A stretch of 58,579 nt of DNA, filler included, from Bipalium vagum (GCA_037834085.1; 3 parts of 3 records of this genome joined end to end with filler, not necessarily neighbours in it); one strand, 5' to 3'; shown: positions 25,316-37,329, counted from the whole stretch's first letter. Translations and numbers: made by a program. Notes: generated by a model not told the origin, from the sequence alone.

Positions 25316-26590
25316 TTATATTTGTAACCAATCCTGAGAGTTGATTTCTTCATCTATACTTTCATAATGATCATCTTTTTCGCTTGTGTGAATATTGTTT
25401 GGGAATACGGGGATTTGGTTTCTATTTCTCAATAATAAAGTACAATAAAATATGCATACCGCTAGGAGAAGGAACAAAATTATCAAGACACACATTATTA
25501 TGATGGTAACATTAATAAATCGTTTGTGCTTTATCAGAAATTCTTGACCTGTTAACTGATTTTTCCAATCTTTTAATGAGAATTGTAATCTTTCAGTCAA
25601 CCTGTCACTGGATTTGTTGAAGAAAACGTTGTGACTGAAACACTCAAATTCCCATTCTCCGTTTGGAATAGTTTTATTGAAAATAATTATAGATATTTCA
25701 CTTGTTATTATCTCTCGGAAATAGTTCTCTGCATTTTCAGGTCCTGATAACAGTTTCCATTTTACTGTGGAAATCGGGTTTCCATCTATAACTTTACAAC
25801 TATAACTTTTTACTTGTGTATTGGTATAATTTCTTTCCTTTATAACAATATTCCGTGGTTTATGTAAAACGTCAAGTCTTAATAAAGTTCTGTACAACCC
25901 AGCTGAACAGTATACTTTTAAATTGTTATCTGAATCTTTGGGGATAATCGTTAGGGATAGTGAAACTTTTGTTTGTTGATATCTCGAAACGATTTTCAAA
26001 CTTTCGGTATTCAGAAAATTTAATTGTTCCCACATATCAGTTTCTTTATTCACACATTTTATCGATCCTTCTTCACCACTGATTAAACTTTTGGAGCTTT
26101 TCGATGAGTATTGATTTACAATGAGCTTTGTATTATCAAATACAGAGATTTCTTTAGTTGATATGACACTGTTTCGGTATTTACCAAAAGAATTATAAAT
26201 AGTTGAGACAGACAAATTTTGATCGGATTCGAACTTAAAAATGGATAACTTTCCTCGATTTGCACTCATCGAAAATTTGAAACTAACCACGAAATTTTTT
26301 TCCGACATCTCAAAATGGGAAATTTTCATGAGTACCGGTTTTTTCAAGTTCATATCGATTTGCTTGTTTCCATGATGTAATATGAAATGGTTAATTTGAG
26401 ACATTCGATTGTAGTGAAGAACCGTAAGGAAATATGATGTTTTATAACTTTCTTTATTGCTGAAATTGTATCGAAAAATTACCTGGTCATTGTGACCAAT
26501 TATTGGAAAGTCTTTCATATATTCAAATCTTTCGCTGAAAACGTTTTGGATTAAGGAAAGTAAAATAATAAATGGCAAATAATATTTCAT
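25316..26590 (-). CDS. Type-I membrane protein with Ig-like domains, single coding exon (424 aa)
   Basis: A 424-codon ORF in very AT-rich DNA. It has a signal peptide (MKYYLPFIILLSLIQNVFS), Cys pairs C179-C228 and C265-W278-C317, and Ig-like motifs (SLTIIPKDSDNNLKVYC, LDVLHKP, CKVIDGNPISTVKW). A TM helix spans about aa 361-387, followed by a 37-aa tail containing DDHYESI. Confidence 0.88.
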   Translation of the reverse strand: MKYYLPFIILLSLIQNVFSERFEYMKDFPIIGHNDQVIFRYNFSNKESYKTSYFLTVLHYNRMSQINHFILHHGNKQIDMNLKKPVLMKISHFEMSEKNFVVSFKFSMSANRGKLSIFKFESDQNLSVSTIYNSFGKYRNSVISTKEISVFDNTKLIVNQYSSKSSKSLISGEEGSIKCVNKETDMWEQLNFLNTESLKIVSRYQQTKVSLSLTIIPKDSDNNLKVYCSAGLYRTLLRLDVLHKPRNIVIKERNYTNTQVKSYSCKVIDGNPISTVKWKLLSGPENAENYFREIITSEISIIIFNKTIPNGEWEFECFSHNVFFNKSSDRLTERLQFSLKDWKNQLTGQEFLIKHKRFINVTIIIMCVLIILFLLLAVCIFYCTLLLRNRNQIPVFPNNIHTSEKDDHYESIDEEINSQDWLQI

Positions 26591-26859
26591 AGTTTTTATA
26601 CTTAAAAATATGTCATCAAAAATATTATTTATTAAACAATTTAAATTTTAAAAATCTCAATTTACACTTATTAAGAAAATTTTCGAAAAAAAATTTAAAA
26701 ATTGGTTTTTAAATTACATTAATTTTAAACAGAATTGAAAAATTTAATTAAAATAAACGAATTTTATTTAAAAATTGATTTATGAAAATAAAGTCAATAT
26801 TTATTTAAAAAAATTATTTATTATTTTTTTACATTCATTTTTTGACTTAAGTTATTTTA

Positions 26860-26975
26860 AAAATATATTAATATAAAAATATATATTAATTATTAATTAT
26901 TATAAATATATATTAATATAAAAATATATATTAATTATTATAAATATATATTAATATAAAAATATATTAATATAT
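26860..26975. repeat. A/T-only tandem repeat, about 3 copies of a roughly 37-44 bp unit
   Basis: Repeated aatatatattaatataaaaatatatattaattatta. Confidence 0.7.
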
Positions 26976-27439
26976 TCCTTAATGAATTTAATTTTACTAT
27001 TTTGAAATGAATTTTTGGAAATTTTAAATAATTAAAGGTAAAAGATATTTGATAATTCTAATACATTCAAAAATGTAATCAGACATTATCAAACAATTTA
27101 TATTTTAAATATCTCAATTTTCAGGGGAACATTGACATTTATATTTTCTTGTAATTTATGAACTGTATTTCGTGTAAATGATGTTTTATTTAAATTTAAT
27201 TAACAAACTTGTGTGAATATTAATAAAATTTTATGATAATACGAAGATAGACTTGATCGATAATGTAATTGTCATCGAAAGATCGTCTTTTTGAAGTAGA
27301 ATTAAATCAAAAATTATATTTTTAAAGAAACAAATAAAGGAAAATCAAAGATATGACAGAAATCACTAAACAACGCTTATTACTAAAAATTAAAAATAAT
27401 CAACTGCTAATATTCTATCGTTTTAACACTACAGACTCC

Positions 27440-27725
27440 GTTTATATGGAATATTTTTTCATCCGAAAAAAGTGTCTTTTTTGAAATTGTGCTTCACCCA
27501 ATTGTAAAATCAAATTCTTGTTTTTAAATACTTCATAGATATCTTGCACGGCTTTAACTGTAGATTTTTTTAATATTCATTTAGCTTATCCAATTGATAT
27601 TCCAGTAATGGTAGTCAATTTTTTTTACGGTCATCCTTTTCTTCCCTTTGACCAATTGTTTTACAGTTTCTAATTATTTGGTTTTATCAGACATAAAAAA
27701 GACATTATATTTTGAACACCCCTTA
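27440..27725 (-). mobile_element. 5' end fragment of a Tc1-like element
   Basis: A ta-taaggggtgttcaaa terminus on the - strand and a G*P*KKL relic of the GRP motif. Confidence 0.4.
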
Positions 27726-28019
27726 TATTAAAAGATACATACAAGAAATAGTAATTATAGATCTTCACATAATCAGTTAAAATAGTATTAAAAACAAACA
27801 AAATTATAAAAGGTAATGAATAAATCTTAAATTTTATAAAATTTAAGATAAAAATGTAATAACAGCGACTTAATAGTTAGTTTTACATAAGATTATAGGT
27901 AATTCATATAAGAAAAAATTACTTACCGCGATAATAAACCTATTTTTAAAAGGATGCTATAAACTAAAGGGTTCATTTTTTTATTTTTAATAACACAAAA
28001 TATATAAATAATAAAGTTA

Positions 28020-28600
28020 ATATTCAGTTAGATCACCATTTAACTCGAGGCATTTAGAAATACGACTTGGCATCGAATTAATCAAAATGACTAGGTAGCT
28101 GAGAGAAAAGGTTTCCAAATTTCCTTGATAGAATCTTTCGAGATCTTATTTTAAAACGAAGCTCGATTTTCGTTGTTTACTATTCAAATCTTGCCTATTC
28201 CACTGGACGTCCCTCACCTAATCATGGTTCATGGTTTTATCTTCAGTCTGGGTTTTGTCAATGTCGGTTGATGTGCCGGTGAACGAATGTTTTTGCAAAA
28301 ATGAATGTAAGTTTTGTCTCCAATCCACCTTTTGATGATGGAGTTCTTGCTCTTGCTTTATACAGCCTGCCTCTCCTACATACTCTTCAACTATGGCACT
28401 TTTATAAATTCTTCCTAAATAAGTTAGAATTATTTATGGGATCCCAACGAGATAATCAAGATTGTATCTGAAGAAGTCGGATATTTGCTACTTTCTTCAA
28501 TTTCTTTTCGAAGTGTTTCATGTTTAGGTTTATCGAGTTTGCAGGTTGTGATGAATTTTCATCACGTTTTCTTTGAGAATCTCAACTTTATTTAGACGCC
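28020..28600 (-). mobile_element. Decayed Tc1-like transposase
   Basis: C-terminal LINSMPSRISKCLELNGD, typical of Tc1 3' ends; the upstream part is heavily decayed. Confidence 0.6.
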
Positions 28601-28749
28601 AGTTTTTTTCGAAAGGCACCTCGCGATAGTTATATGGAATAATCACGGCTTTAATCGTCAATTGGTTCTGCGGGCTAAGATTGTGGTCGTAAAAACCACA
28701 TTTATTTTGTCGAAATTGAAGTTCAGCTCAACCTGCAAGTTCCACAATG

Positions 28750-28990
28750 TTTCCTCCTTTAAAACATATAATCTCTGTTTTGTCAAAATTCGGTACTTTT
28801 GTATGTTAAATAATTGAAAATGAGCTTCATCGGTCATTGTGCTTTTTATCAGGCATCAGAATTCTCAAAAGATCGGTCTAACAACAAATTGCAATAACTT
28901 CTGCGACATTAGTGTTCTGCTGCACTAAGCTAATCTTATAGGCTTTTAAATGCAAATCATCATACATTATTCTCGAAAAATTGGGTTCAA
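28750..28990 (-). mobile_element. rosa/DD41D-like transposase fragment
   Basis: RIMYDDLHLKAYKISLVQ and MTDEAHFQL; D-D spacing not visible. Confidence 0.55.
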
Positions 28991-30247
28991 AGTAGTAAAT
29001 CTTCTTTTGGTGCACTGTACAAATAATTATCATAATATTTTAAGAAAATTTAAATTTTAATGGGTTTTGGTTATATTTTTTAAAAAAAAAGGTAGATAAA
29101 ATATATGTGAGTCAATGTTTGATGTCAAATTATCTTTAACATAAACGGAAAAATTATAATGATTGATATTTCATGATTCTAAATATTTTGATCTTATAAA
29201 TTAAAATCTTTTCATTGCATGGGGTCAGCATAGTAGTTCATGCTAACAAATACCTATTGGTTTATATTATCTTTTTCACATATTAATAGTTTATTTTGAG
29301 AGAAAGGGACATGGTTCAGTTTTTATGCATATGCGACGAATTATGCACTCTGAACATTTACATAATTTTAATATTCGTTTTCTGCTCATCTATCCTCTGT
29401 AGAATCACGACATCGATGATCCTCCGATGGATGATGTTAGAGCCAGTGACTTCAAGCCGGTTGTCGGGGTCGAGAAAAATCTTAAAAGGATTTTTTAACT
29501 ATAACTTTCCTGAATTTTGTGAAATATTTTTTAAAATAAATGAACATAGTAAATATTCATTTTTGTTTTTAAATACTGATGAAAAACAGAAAAGAAAACA
29601 TTTGAACTATTTTTATGAAATAGAATTAATAAAATATACATAAAATTTTGAAAAAAACAAATTTAGCCATTTTTGAATTTGAGTAATAATTAAATAAAAT
29701 TCTTTGAAAAATATTGTAAAGATTATTAAATTTAATGAATAATTTTATTAAAGGGTCATAAAAAATGTTAAATTCAAAATTAATTCGTTCTATTTTTTTT
29801 AATATTTTAAAACTTTAAACAGATTTTTGTCAACCTAGCTAGCAAATGACTCCTAAATTACTGTTAAGTTCCAATTCTTTAACAAATAATCAACACAAAG
29901 AACAATAAAATTTATTCTTACTAAATACGAATAGTTAAATATAATACAAAAGGATAGTCAACGTATCACTAAAATCGATGTGAAATGAATTAAGATAAAC
30001 TAAATTAAAATAGGATAAATATAAAAATCTAAATAAAATAAACATTTACCACAAAAGATAATCTTGAGTCCCACGAGCGTCACTCGAGTCCAAAGATTCG
30101 TTCGAATATAGTAAATAAAGTCATATATATATGATAAGAAAATACATTTATAGTATTAATAATAACTAATTTTATGTTCTCTAAGTAATTATATAAAGTG
30201 ATCAAGGCATAAAGTAAAGTTTTACTTAAAAATATAAATCATGATAT

Positions 30248-30335
30248 AACGTGTTTCTTCGAAAATAAGCCCGGTCTTATATAAAATTTTTGAGAAAAAA
30301 TCATGCCAGGGCTTATTTTCAAAGAAGGGTTTATA
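30248..30335. mobile_element. Tc2/pogo-like MITE end
   Basis: cgtgtttcttcgaaaataagccc...gggcttattttc, a 12-bp internal inverted repeat. Confidence 0.4.
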
Positions 30336-30417
30336 TTTTAAGTATATTGGTACATCTCATAAAGAAATTTAATAAAATACAGTCATGTCATCATCATCCA
30401 GATTCCAGATTTAAACC

Positions 30418-30903
30418 TTGGAGGTGGAATACAGAAATGTCATAAAATTCTATGTGCTTTTAAAGAAGTCGTCTGATGTAATATTTAGTGATATGGAAAT
30501 TGCATATGGCAACAAATGTCCTTCTAGATTCACAATATATTGTTGGATATCATTTATCAACCATGGCCGTGAAAGTGTGCACGAGGATTATTCCAATGCT
30601 GGCAGACCAAATGAAATTTCAGATCAGAAAATTACGCAATTTGAGGCGATTATTCGAGCTGAAAGACGAATTATGGTGGTGAAATTGCTGAATTACTTAA
30701 AATAAGTGCTGGCAGTTGTCACAACATAATTGGGAAATTAGGTTATCATAAATTATGCTCACGATTTGTTCCAAAGTTTCTGTCTCCTGACATGAAGGAA
30801 ATGCGCCTCAACTGCACATTGTCAAATTTGCAACTGTTGAATCAATACGGTGATGCATTTATTAATAATATTGTTACTGAGGATGAGACATCTCTTTCTT
30901 TAT
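30418..30903 (+). mobile_element. 5' half of an irritans-like mariner transposase
   Basis: EYRNVIKFY..CPSRFTIYCW..GRESVHED..GRP; after a frameshift KLCSRFVPKFL..FINNIVTEDET. Confidence 0.82.
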
Positions 30904-32005
30904 ACTTTATATATTTATAAAAGAAAAATTTTTAAGTAACATTAAGTTACTAAAAATAAAAATTTAAGGAAAAATTTTAAGGTTAATATTAAAATTAGAA
31001 ACAAAATAGATTAATTAAAGTAAAAGAAAGTTACTAAAAATAAAAACATGGAAAAAAATAACCATATAAAAGATTAGTTTCTAAAAAATGTTTATCTTTA
31101 TTTTTATTTGGTGTCTTTCGTGACAGGGTTTTATGTTGGTGAGTTTCTGATGATATGATCTCAGTGCCCTGAAATCTTCAAGATAAAAATGACAAAGAAA
31201 GTAGAATTAAACGAAAATATAATAAAATTTAATCTACAGACATTTTTAAAAATCGATAAATTATACTGAAAAAGAAGAAAATTACCTTGAGCGGACTTAG
31301 GCTTAGACTGATTGGCGGACTACCCGGATCTTTACAGCACTCACTAGTTCCTAAGCTCGTTTAGAACCTGATCAAAATCTTTGACATAACGTTATCATAA
31401 TTATTATCTCTGCTTCAATAATTATAGTGCTACTGAATAATACTGTTACTTATAACTTTTGGGAATTCCATATAACAGTTTTTAATCAATCAGGCCATTC
31501 ACTTCCAAACCGTAAAGCCGAATAATTAAGGCTGCTAATCTCGGGTAATTAATATACATTAATTAATATCTAAATTAATCAGATTTACCAAGATGGTATC
31601 CTTTTTGTCTTTTCTACATATTCTTATCCTAAGGAACAATTTAATTGTGTTTGTCTCTATATTATTTATTTTTCTATCAAGTTAAACATTACTTGAATTC
31701 CTTGAAAAGATTTCTCTGATGAATTGGTAGAAAACATTCGGAGTTTTACACAAATCGAAGATGTTTCCTTTTTTGAAATGGAACTGCTTTCTGAGAAGTT
31801 CAGTCGATCCCTTTTATATTACTTTTCATTGAGTTTTTTATTTTCAAGTAGATATGAAAACCAGTTTTTTAGGAGAATATCATGAAATCTTTTTTTTAAT
31901 ATAAAAAACATTTCAGTTCGTTTTTATAAAATTCTAGGAAAAAAATTTAGCACTTTTATCACATTAAATTCCGAACGGTTAAATTCTTTGACTTTTAGAG
32001 CTAAA

Positions 32006-32842
32006 ACAGTATCGGAAAGTATGGAAACACAACAAAATTAGAACTACGATACAGCCAAAAATATTTTTCTTTAAATATTAATAATAAGTTAGCTTAACAA
32101 TGAAACAACGTATGTAAAAATAATAGCTTACTATTTTGATTCCTTTGGTTTTTTTATGACCTTTCGTCGAAGAGTACCCATTAATTACTGGACAACTGTA
32201 TTATCGATCTTTTTGGATGCTCTAAGTCAGTCTTCTGAACTGATTTATGTTTTCCGATGGCTGAAAGTCTTGACAAGATTGCTTTTATAAATGCCCAAAA
32301 TTTCTCGATAGGTCTAATTTCAGTACAATTTTGAGGATTCACTGATTTTTCTAAAAATGACACTTCTTTTTCACTCATTCATTTTAAGGACTTCTTTGAT
32401 TATTAAATTACAACAAGATCAGGCCAGAATCACACCTTTCCCTCATGCAAACAACGCTTTTTAAAACATTGCCAAATGTCGAAATCATCCGTCATTGTGC
32501 ATAGAGCAAATTTTAAGCCACATTCTAAATAGTTTGCCACAATATAAGTTTAGGATTGAAATTCTCAATGGCAATTAGTTTTTATATTTTGAAGATCTGT
32601 ACTTTCACAATTGCCCTCGTAAATATTCCATTTTAATTAAGCCATAATTTAGTCCATAATTCTTTTTTTCTGATCATGATTAAGTTCTCGCATTTTAGTC
32701 AATAATAAAGATTTTTAATAATGAATTTTCTAAGTATTATGACTTTCTTTAAAGAATATGTATGAACCAACATATATTTCAATTTTTTAATGCGGTGCCA
32801 GATATTTAGTGCAAAAGTTGCTTCCATACTTTTCGATACAGT
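32006..32842 (-). mobile_element. TIR-bounded deleted ITmD37E/TRT-like transposon
   Basis: 23-bp TIRs with 3 mismatches (acagtatcggaaagtatggaaac); relics FWPDL and NPQNCTEIRPIEKFW. Confidence 0.78.
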
Positions 32843-34104
32843 CTTTAATCTATGATTAGAAAAATGTTAATAAAATCAATTTCATTTTCATGCCATAAAT
32901 CTATATAATATTTACAGAGGTATAACAAAATAAGAATTGTGCGAAGATTTCTTTTAGACAATGCTATTAAAATTTAAATGTATAATGAAATAAAATCATT
33001 GTAATTTCATCCAAAAATTTATTAAAATCACCAAATTTGATGATCATGCATTTATTTTATATAAATTCGACCCCATAGACTTTTATTTTATAAAAATTTC
33101 ATCCAATTTTGGCCAGAAATGCTCAATTTTTTTATGTTTTGTTATGGAAACATGGCGAATTTTTAAAATTTTCATTTTTGCAACATTTCTGGTCAAACCT
33201 ATCTTAAAATAGCCAATTTTTATAGATCCTTAAATTATATTTTATGTCAGCCTGCGTGTGGTAAGTTTTATATTATTAGCAGTCAAAGTTTAGGCCATTT
33301 TTCAATATTTAAAATTGCGCAAATAAATAAAATCTATCTCACCTCACTGAATTTCGAATTTGCGATCATTCCCTAAAAATAATAAAAGCACTATCAACAC
33401 ACAAACAGAACCATCTATAATTTTATTAATAATTTTTATCCGTTGAAAAAATAAATTTTAAATTTCTGATTTATTATTTATATGATCAACAAATAAACAG
33501 TCGTTCACTGAAATATTAATTTATAATTGATATAATATATAAATTTATGATAGTTATTTAATAGAAAATAAACAAATCATTCAATAAATATTGAATAAAT
33601 TTCTAAATAGTACGATCTACGAACCTTTATTATATAGTTTCATCGATATTAAGTTAAATTTTTAAATGGTCAATAATGGTTTCACATTTAAATATTAATT
33701 TCATATATAATAAAGGAAATAACTTATTAATTCATGCAATTCGTACTCAAGAACTTGATTTAATATTTATTAATTTATTAAAAGTCTTTTATACGATATT
33801 GATGTGGTTTTTTAAAATTATTGGATGATCTGGTTTTTTAAAAATAACTGTTATTATTAAGGTTACATCTTTAATACTAATAAATAGTTTCACAGAAGAA
33901 TCTTTATGCACATTAAGTTTTTTTCCATTTAAGCTGAGATATTTGTTTTTCATTAAAACCTCTTGTTTTAAAAAATAATTATATTAAAACTGATTATTAT
34001 AAAACGAAAATATAAGAAAATTAAGTTTTATCTTCAGTATTTTTTGTTTACATAATAAAATATAGACCCATTTTTACAAGTGAAATTATTTTATTTTTAA
34101 GAAA

Positions 34105-35721
34105 ATGAATGATTGGGATCATTGTTTGATTTGTTTTGAATCATTGTCTGAAACTGATTTCGTTGCCATTTCACAATGTAAACATAAATTCTGTCAATTT
34201 TGCATTTATCAGTTGATATTTGTGGATGAACCTCATTGTCCAATGGATCGTCTGAGTATAGAATCAATTGTAGAGTATAAATCAATGTCAACGGATCGAG
34301 TTTTTATTCTATCGGAATATATGTTGGAAATGTGTAACAGAAACCAAGAATCCATTCAGAACGAGTTTGAAATGTATTGGAGTTCGTGTTTAAGCAATGC
34401 CATTAAAAATTATTCTAAAGCTCAAACAGCGAAATCCGAAATTCGAAGAATTATTTCTCGAAATAATTTCTGCTATGAAAATATTACTACATTCCTTTCG
34501 GAATATGTGCAATTTCAATTCCATTATTTCAAAATCCCCAACATATCTCTCAGATTGCACAGAATTCGACAATTGCTCACAATCAATAAGAACCAGTTCA
34601 ATTCACATTTTAATCTCAATATTGGAAATCACTTCCTCGAAGAATCATTATGGAACATCAGGTTGAATTTCGTGACAATTTGCGGTTATTTTGAAAAGTT
34701 TATCATCTGCATCAAATGTGATATAAAATTGTTGGAGATGCAAAAGGAAATTGAAAAATATTTTAAAAAATTGAAAAAGAAACTTGTTGGATATATTATT
34801 GTTTATATTAGTAATAGTAAGGATTTGTTTGCGTTGATTCAACCGGGAATCGATGGTACTAATGTTGAAATTTGTTTGATATGTTCAAAATTAATTTCAC
34901 GAAACCTGTTTGCAAGTTTCGATACATGTCAACACAGAATATGCTTGACATGTATCCGAGAATGTTTGATTATCAATGGAAGCTGTCCGTTTCATCCGGC
35001 AATGGTTTCTGATATTAAGCTGTGTACGGCAAATCAAATCGGTGTTCAAGAAATCGTATCAATTTCTGTTTATTTGAAAAGCAATTTTACAACGATTTTC
35101 ACCGAATATTTCAAGCAACGAATGAAATCGATCTTGGATCTGTTACAGGAAATATTATTGATCAAAGATATTCTACCCATATTAATGAAAAAACTGGCAG
35201 TTTATCTCAATAAAAAGAAACGCAGAAAAACGAGTGCCGTTGAGATTTCACTAAAAAATATTCGATCGATTTTGATAAATATTGATCCAAGTCTTTTCAC
35301 AATCAGTAAATTACCGTTTTGTAAATGGGGGAACAGCAAATTTCATACCCTGCTCCAGAAATACAATGAAACCGAATTTGGTAATTATATGAAGGAAACG
35401 TTGGCCATCCAATCAAAAATCGAGAGGACCTATTTTTCTGTTATTGCCAATTTACATGAAAGTATTGTATATTTAGTGTTCGAATTTGGTAAAGAAACCA
35501 GCGATTTGGACGTGGGATTTACAGAAAGCTTTCTCGATACCTATTTAGATTTATGTGAAGATTTGAATCCGAATAATATGCAAGACAATGAACTTGTTAG
35601 GCTCGATGAGTTCAAAAGATTATTGGAGCCACTGAGAACGAGTTTACTTTCTCAAAAGGATTTTGTGGAATACTATCTGAAGCTCAGTTACAGAAACATA
35701 CTGAATAGATTCATTATGTAA
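34105..35721 (+). CDS. Protein with two RING fingers (putative E3 ubiquitin ligase), single coding exon (538 aa)
   Basis: A 538-codon ORF. RING1 is C7,C10,C25,H27,C30,C33,C45,D48 (C3HC3D, ending CPMDR). RING2 is C257,C260,C275,H277,C280,C283,C294,H297. There is a basic KKKRRK patch at aa 370-375. Confidence 0.9.
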   Translation: MNDWDHCLICFESLSETDFVAISQCKHKFCQFCIYQLIFVDEPHCPMDRLSIESIVEYKSMSTDRVFILSEYMLEMCNRNQESIQNEFEMYWSSCLSNAIKNYSKAQTAKSEIRRIISRNNFCYENITTFLSEYVQFQFHYFKIPNISLRLHRIRQLLTINKNQFNSHFNLNIGNHFLEESLWNIRLNFVTICGYFEKFIICIKCDIKLLEMQKEIEKYFKKLKKKLVGYIIVYISNSKDLFALIQPGIDGTNVEICLICSKLISRNLFASFDTCQHRICLTCIRECLIINGSCPFHPAMVSDIKLCTANQIGVQEIVSISVYLKSNFTTIFTEYFKQRMKSILDLLQEILLIKDILPILMKKLAVYLNKKKRRKTSAVEISLKNIRSILINIDPSLFTISKLPFCKWGNSKFHTLLQKYNETEFGNYMKETLAIQSKIERTYFSVIANLHESIVYLVFEFGKETSDLDVGFTESFLDTYLDLCEDLNPNNMQDNELVRLDEFKRLLEPLRTSLLSQKDFVEYYLKLSYRNILNRFIM

Positions 35722-37329
35722 CACAACTCACGTTTGTGTTCAACAAAAAGAAAGTTTTCCCAACCAGTATTTATAGAATTAAAATAAAAATTAGAAATTT
35801 AGCCTTCTCTTTTAGTTCTTAAATTATTTTATCTATTTTTATTAAAAAAAATATTAAAGGGTGTTAAATATTTTAAATATATCGATTATTTTTTAAAATT
35901 AATAATCAATAATAATAATAAAAATTAATTTTAAAGTTATTTGATTATTTGAGAATAGTTTAGTTAAATTATCGATAAGTCTAAAATTAGTTTTCGTTTT
36001 TGAAATTTCATTTCATGAAAAACATGGTTTAATTAATAAAACAAAATCTTCGATTTTCTTGATAGTAATTTTTCTTTAAAATAATAATTTATGTTAATTT
36101 ATTTCTGGCCTGATCATCAAATCGATTAGTTATCGATTTTAATTGATTTTGTCCAACATTAAATAATAATATCCATACCACCGAAAGACTTTTCTTACAC
36201 GAAATCCCTGTGATGCACTCGCTGCACTCATAAAATGAATTTTATTTTTAAAATATCTAATTTAAAAATTTTGAAATGGATTTTTAAAAATTTTAGAAAA
36301 TATTGAATAGCTTAATGATGTAACAAATTTTAGATGTGTGTACCGCGTAAAGAAGTTATCAACATTTATAAAATTGGAATTAAGAAAAAAATTTTGTATA
36401 TTTCTGAAGTTGTTATTATCCGTACTTTTGATTAATTGATTAATTTTCAAAATTATAGGAGAAAATCAGTAATATTGATATTTTAATTGATTTTAAATTT
36501 GTATTATCTAAGAATATTTTTGTATAATCTATCGATAATTGATAAATAATTTTCGTTATTTAATTAAAAATTAATATTGCAAATTAAAAAAACATGGTTT
36601 GATTAATTAAACAAAAGTGAAACTTGAATTTTATTCATTCCAATTTTTTTAAAATGTTACTTTTGGTGGTATATATCATTTTTAAAATTGAATAAGGCAA
36701 GGTTCTATCGAGAGAGACTGTAGATAACTAGACAGCCCTTTAGATGTTTGTTTAAAGAATAAGGGCAGATATATTTACAAGATCCTATAGGACTCGGTTA
36801 ATATATTTCTGAAAAGGATCATATTAAACTCTTGGTTCCATGTACTCCGAAAATTCAAAAGACTATGTTCACTATATTCTTAGAGAAGATGATTAAGGCA
36901 GTTAGAATTCTGCAAGCAAACCTTATCTCAATAAATATTATTTTTTCAGACTCACTGCATTCCATTTTTTCTCTAGAGTTTACCACGTATTATAATTCTG
37001 TTAATTTTTTAATCAAAAACCAATCCCCTTATTATATTGAATCACAATTATTTGAAACAATAATAATAAATTAAAGTAATTATTTTGGAATAGAATATTG
37101 AGTATTAAAAAATTAAAAATCTTTTTGATCTAAGAACTTAAAATAAAAATTTATAATACTGTTAAGTTTTGAAGTTTTGAGTCTAAAGAATATTTGCAAA
37201 ACTTAACTAAGCTCGTATTTAATTCAGAAGGTTTTATAGAGTGTAACGTTCAAAAATAATTTACGGTTGTGTTATCAATATGTTGAATTTTAAATCGACA
37301 AGGTAGGGATTCTTTGAGTGTAACAAATA

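Noticed and set aside
33720-33810. IHAIRTQ resembling the PTP IRxQR motif
   Set aside because: No Arg, no Q-loop and no suitable splice context; chance match
34097-35213. Five short ORFs overlapping the RING gene
   Set aside because: Shadow frames of a real CDS, with no motifs
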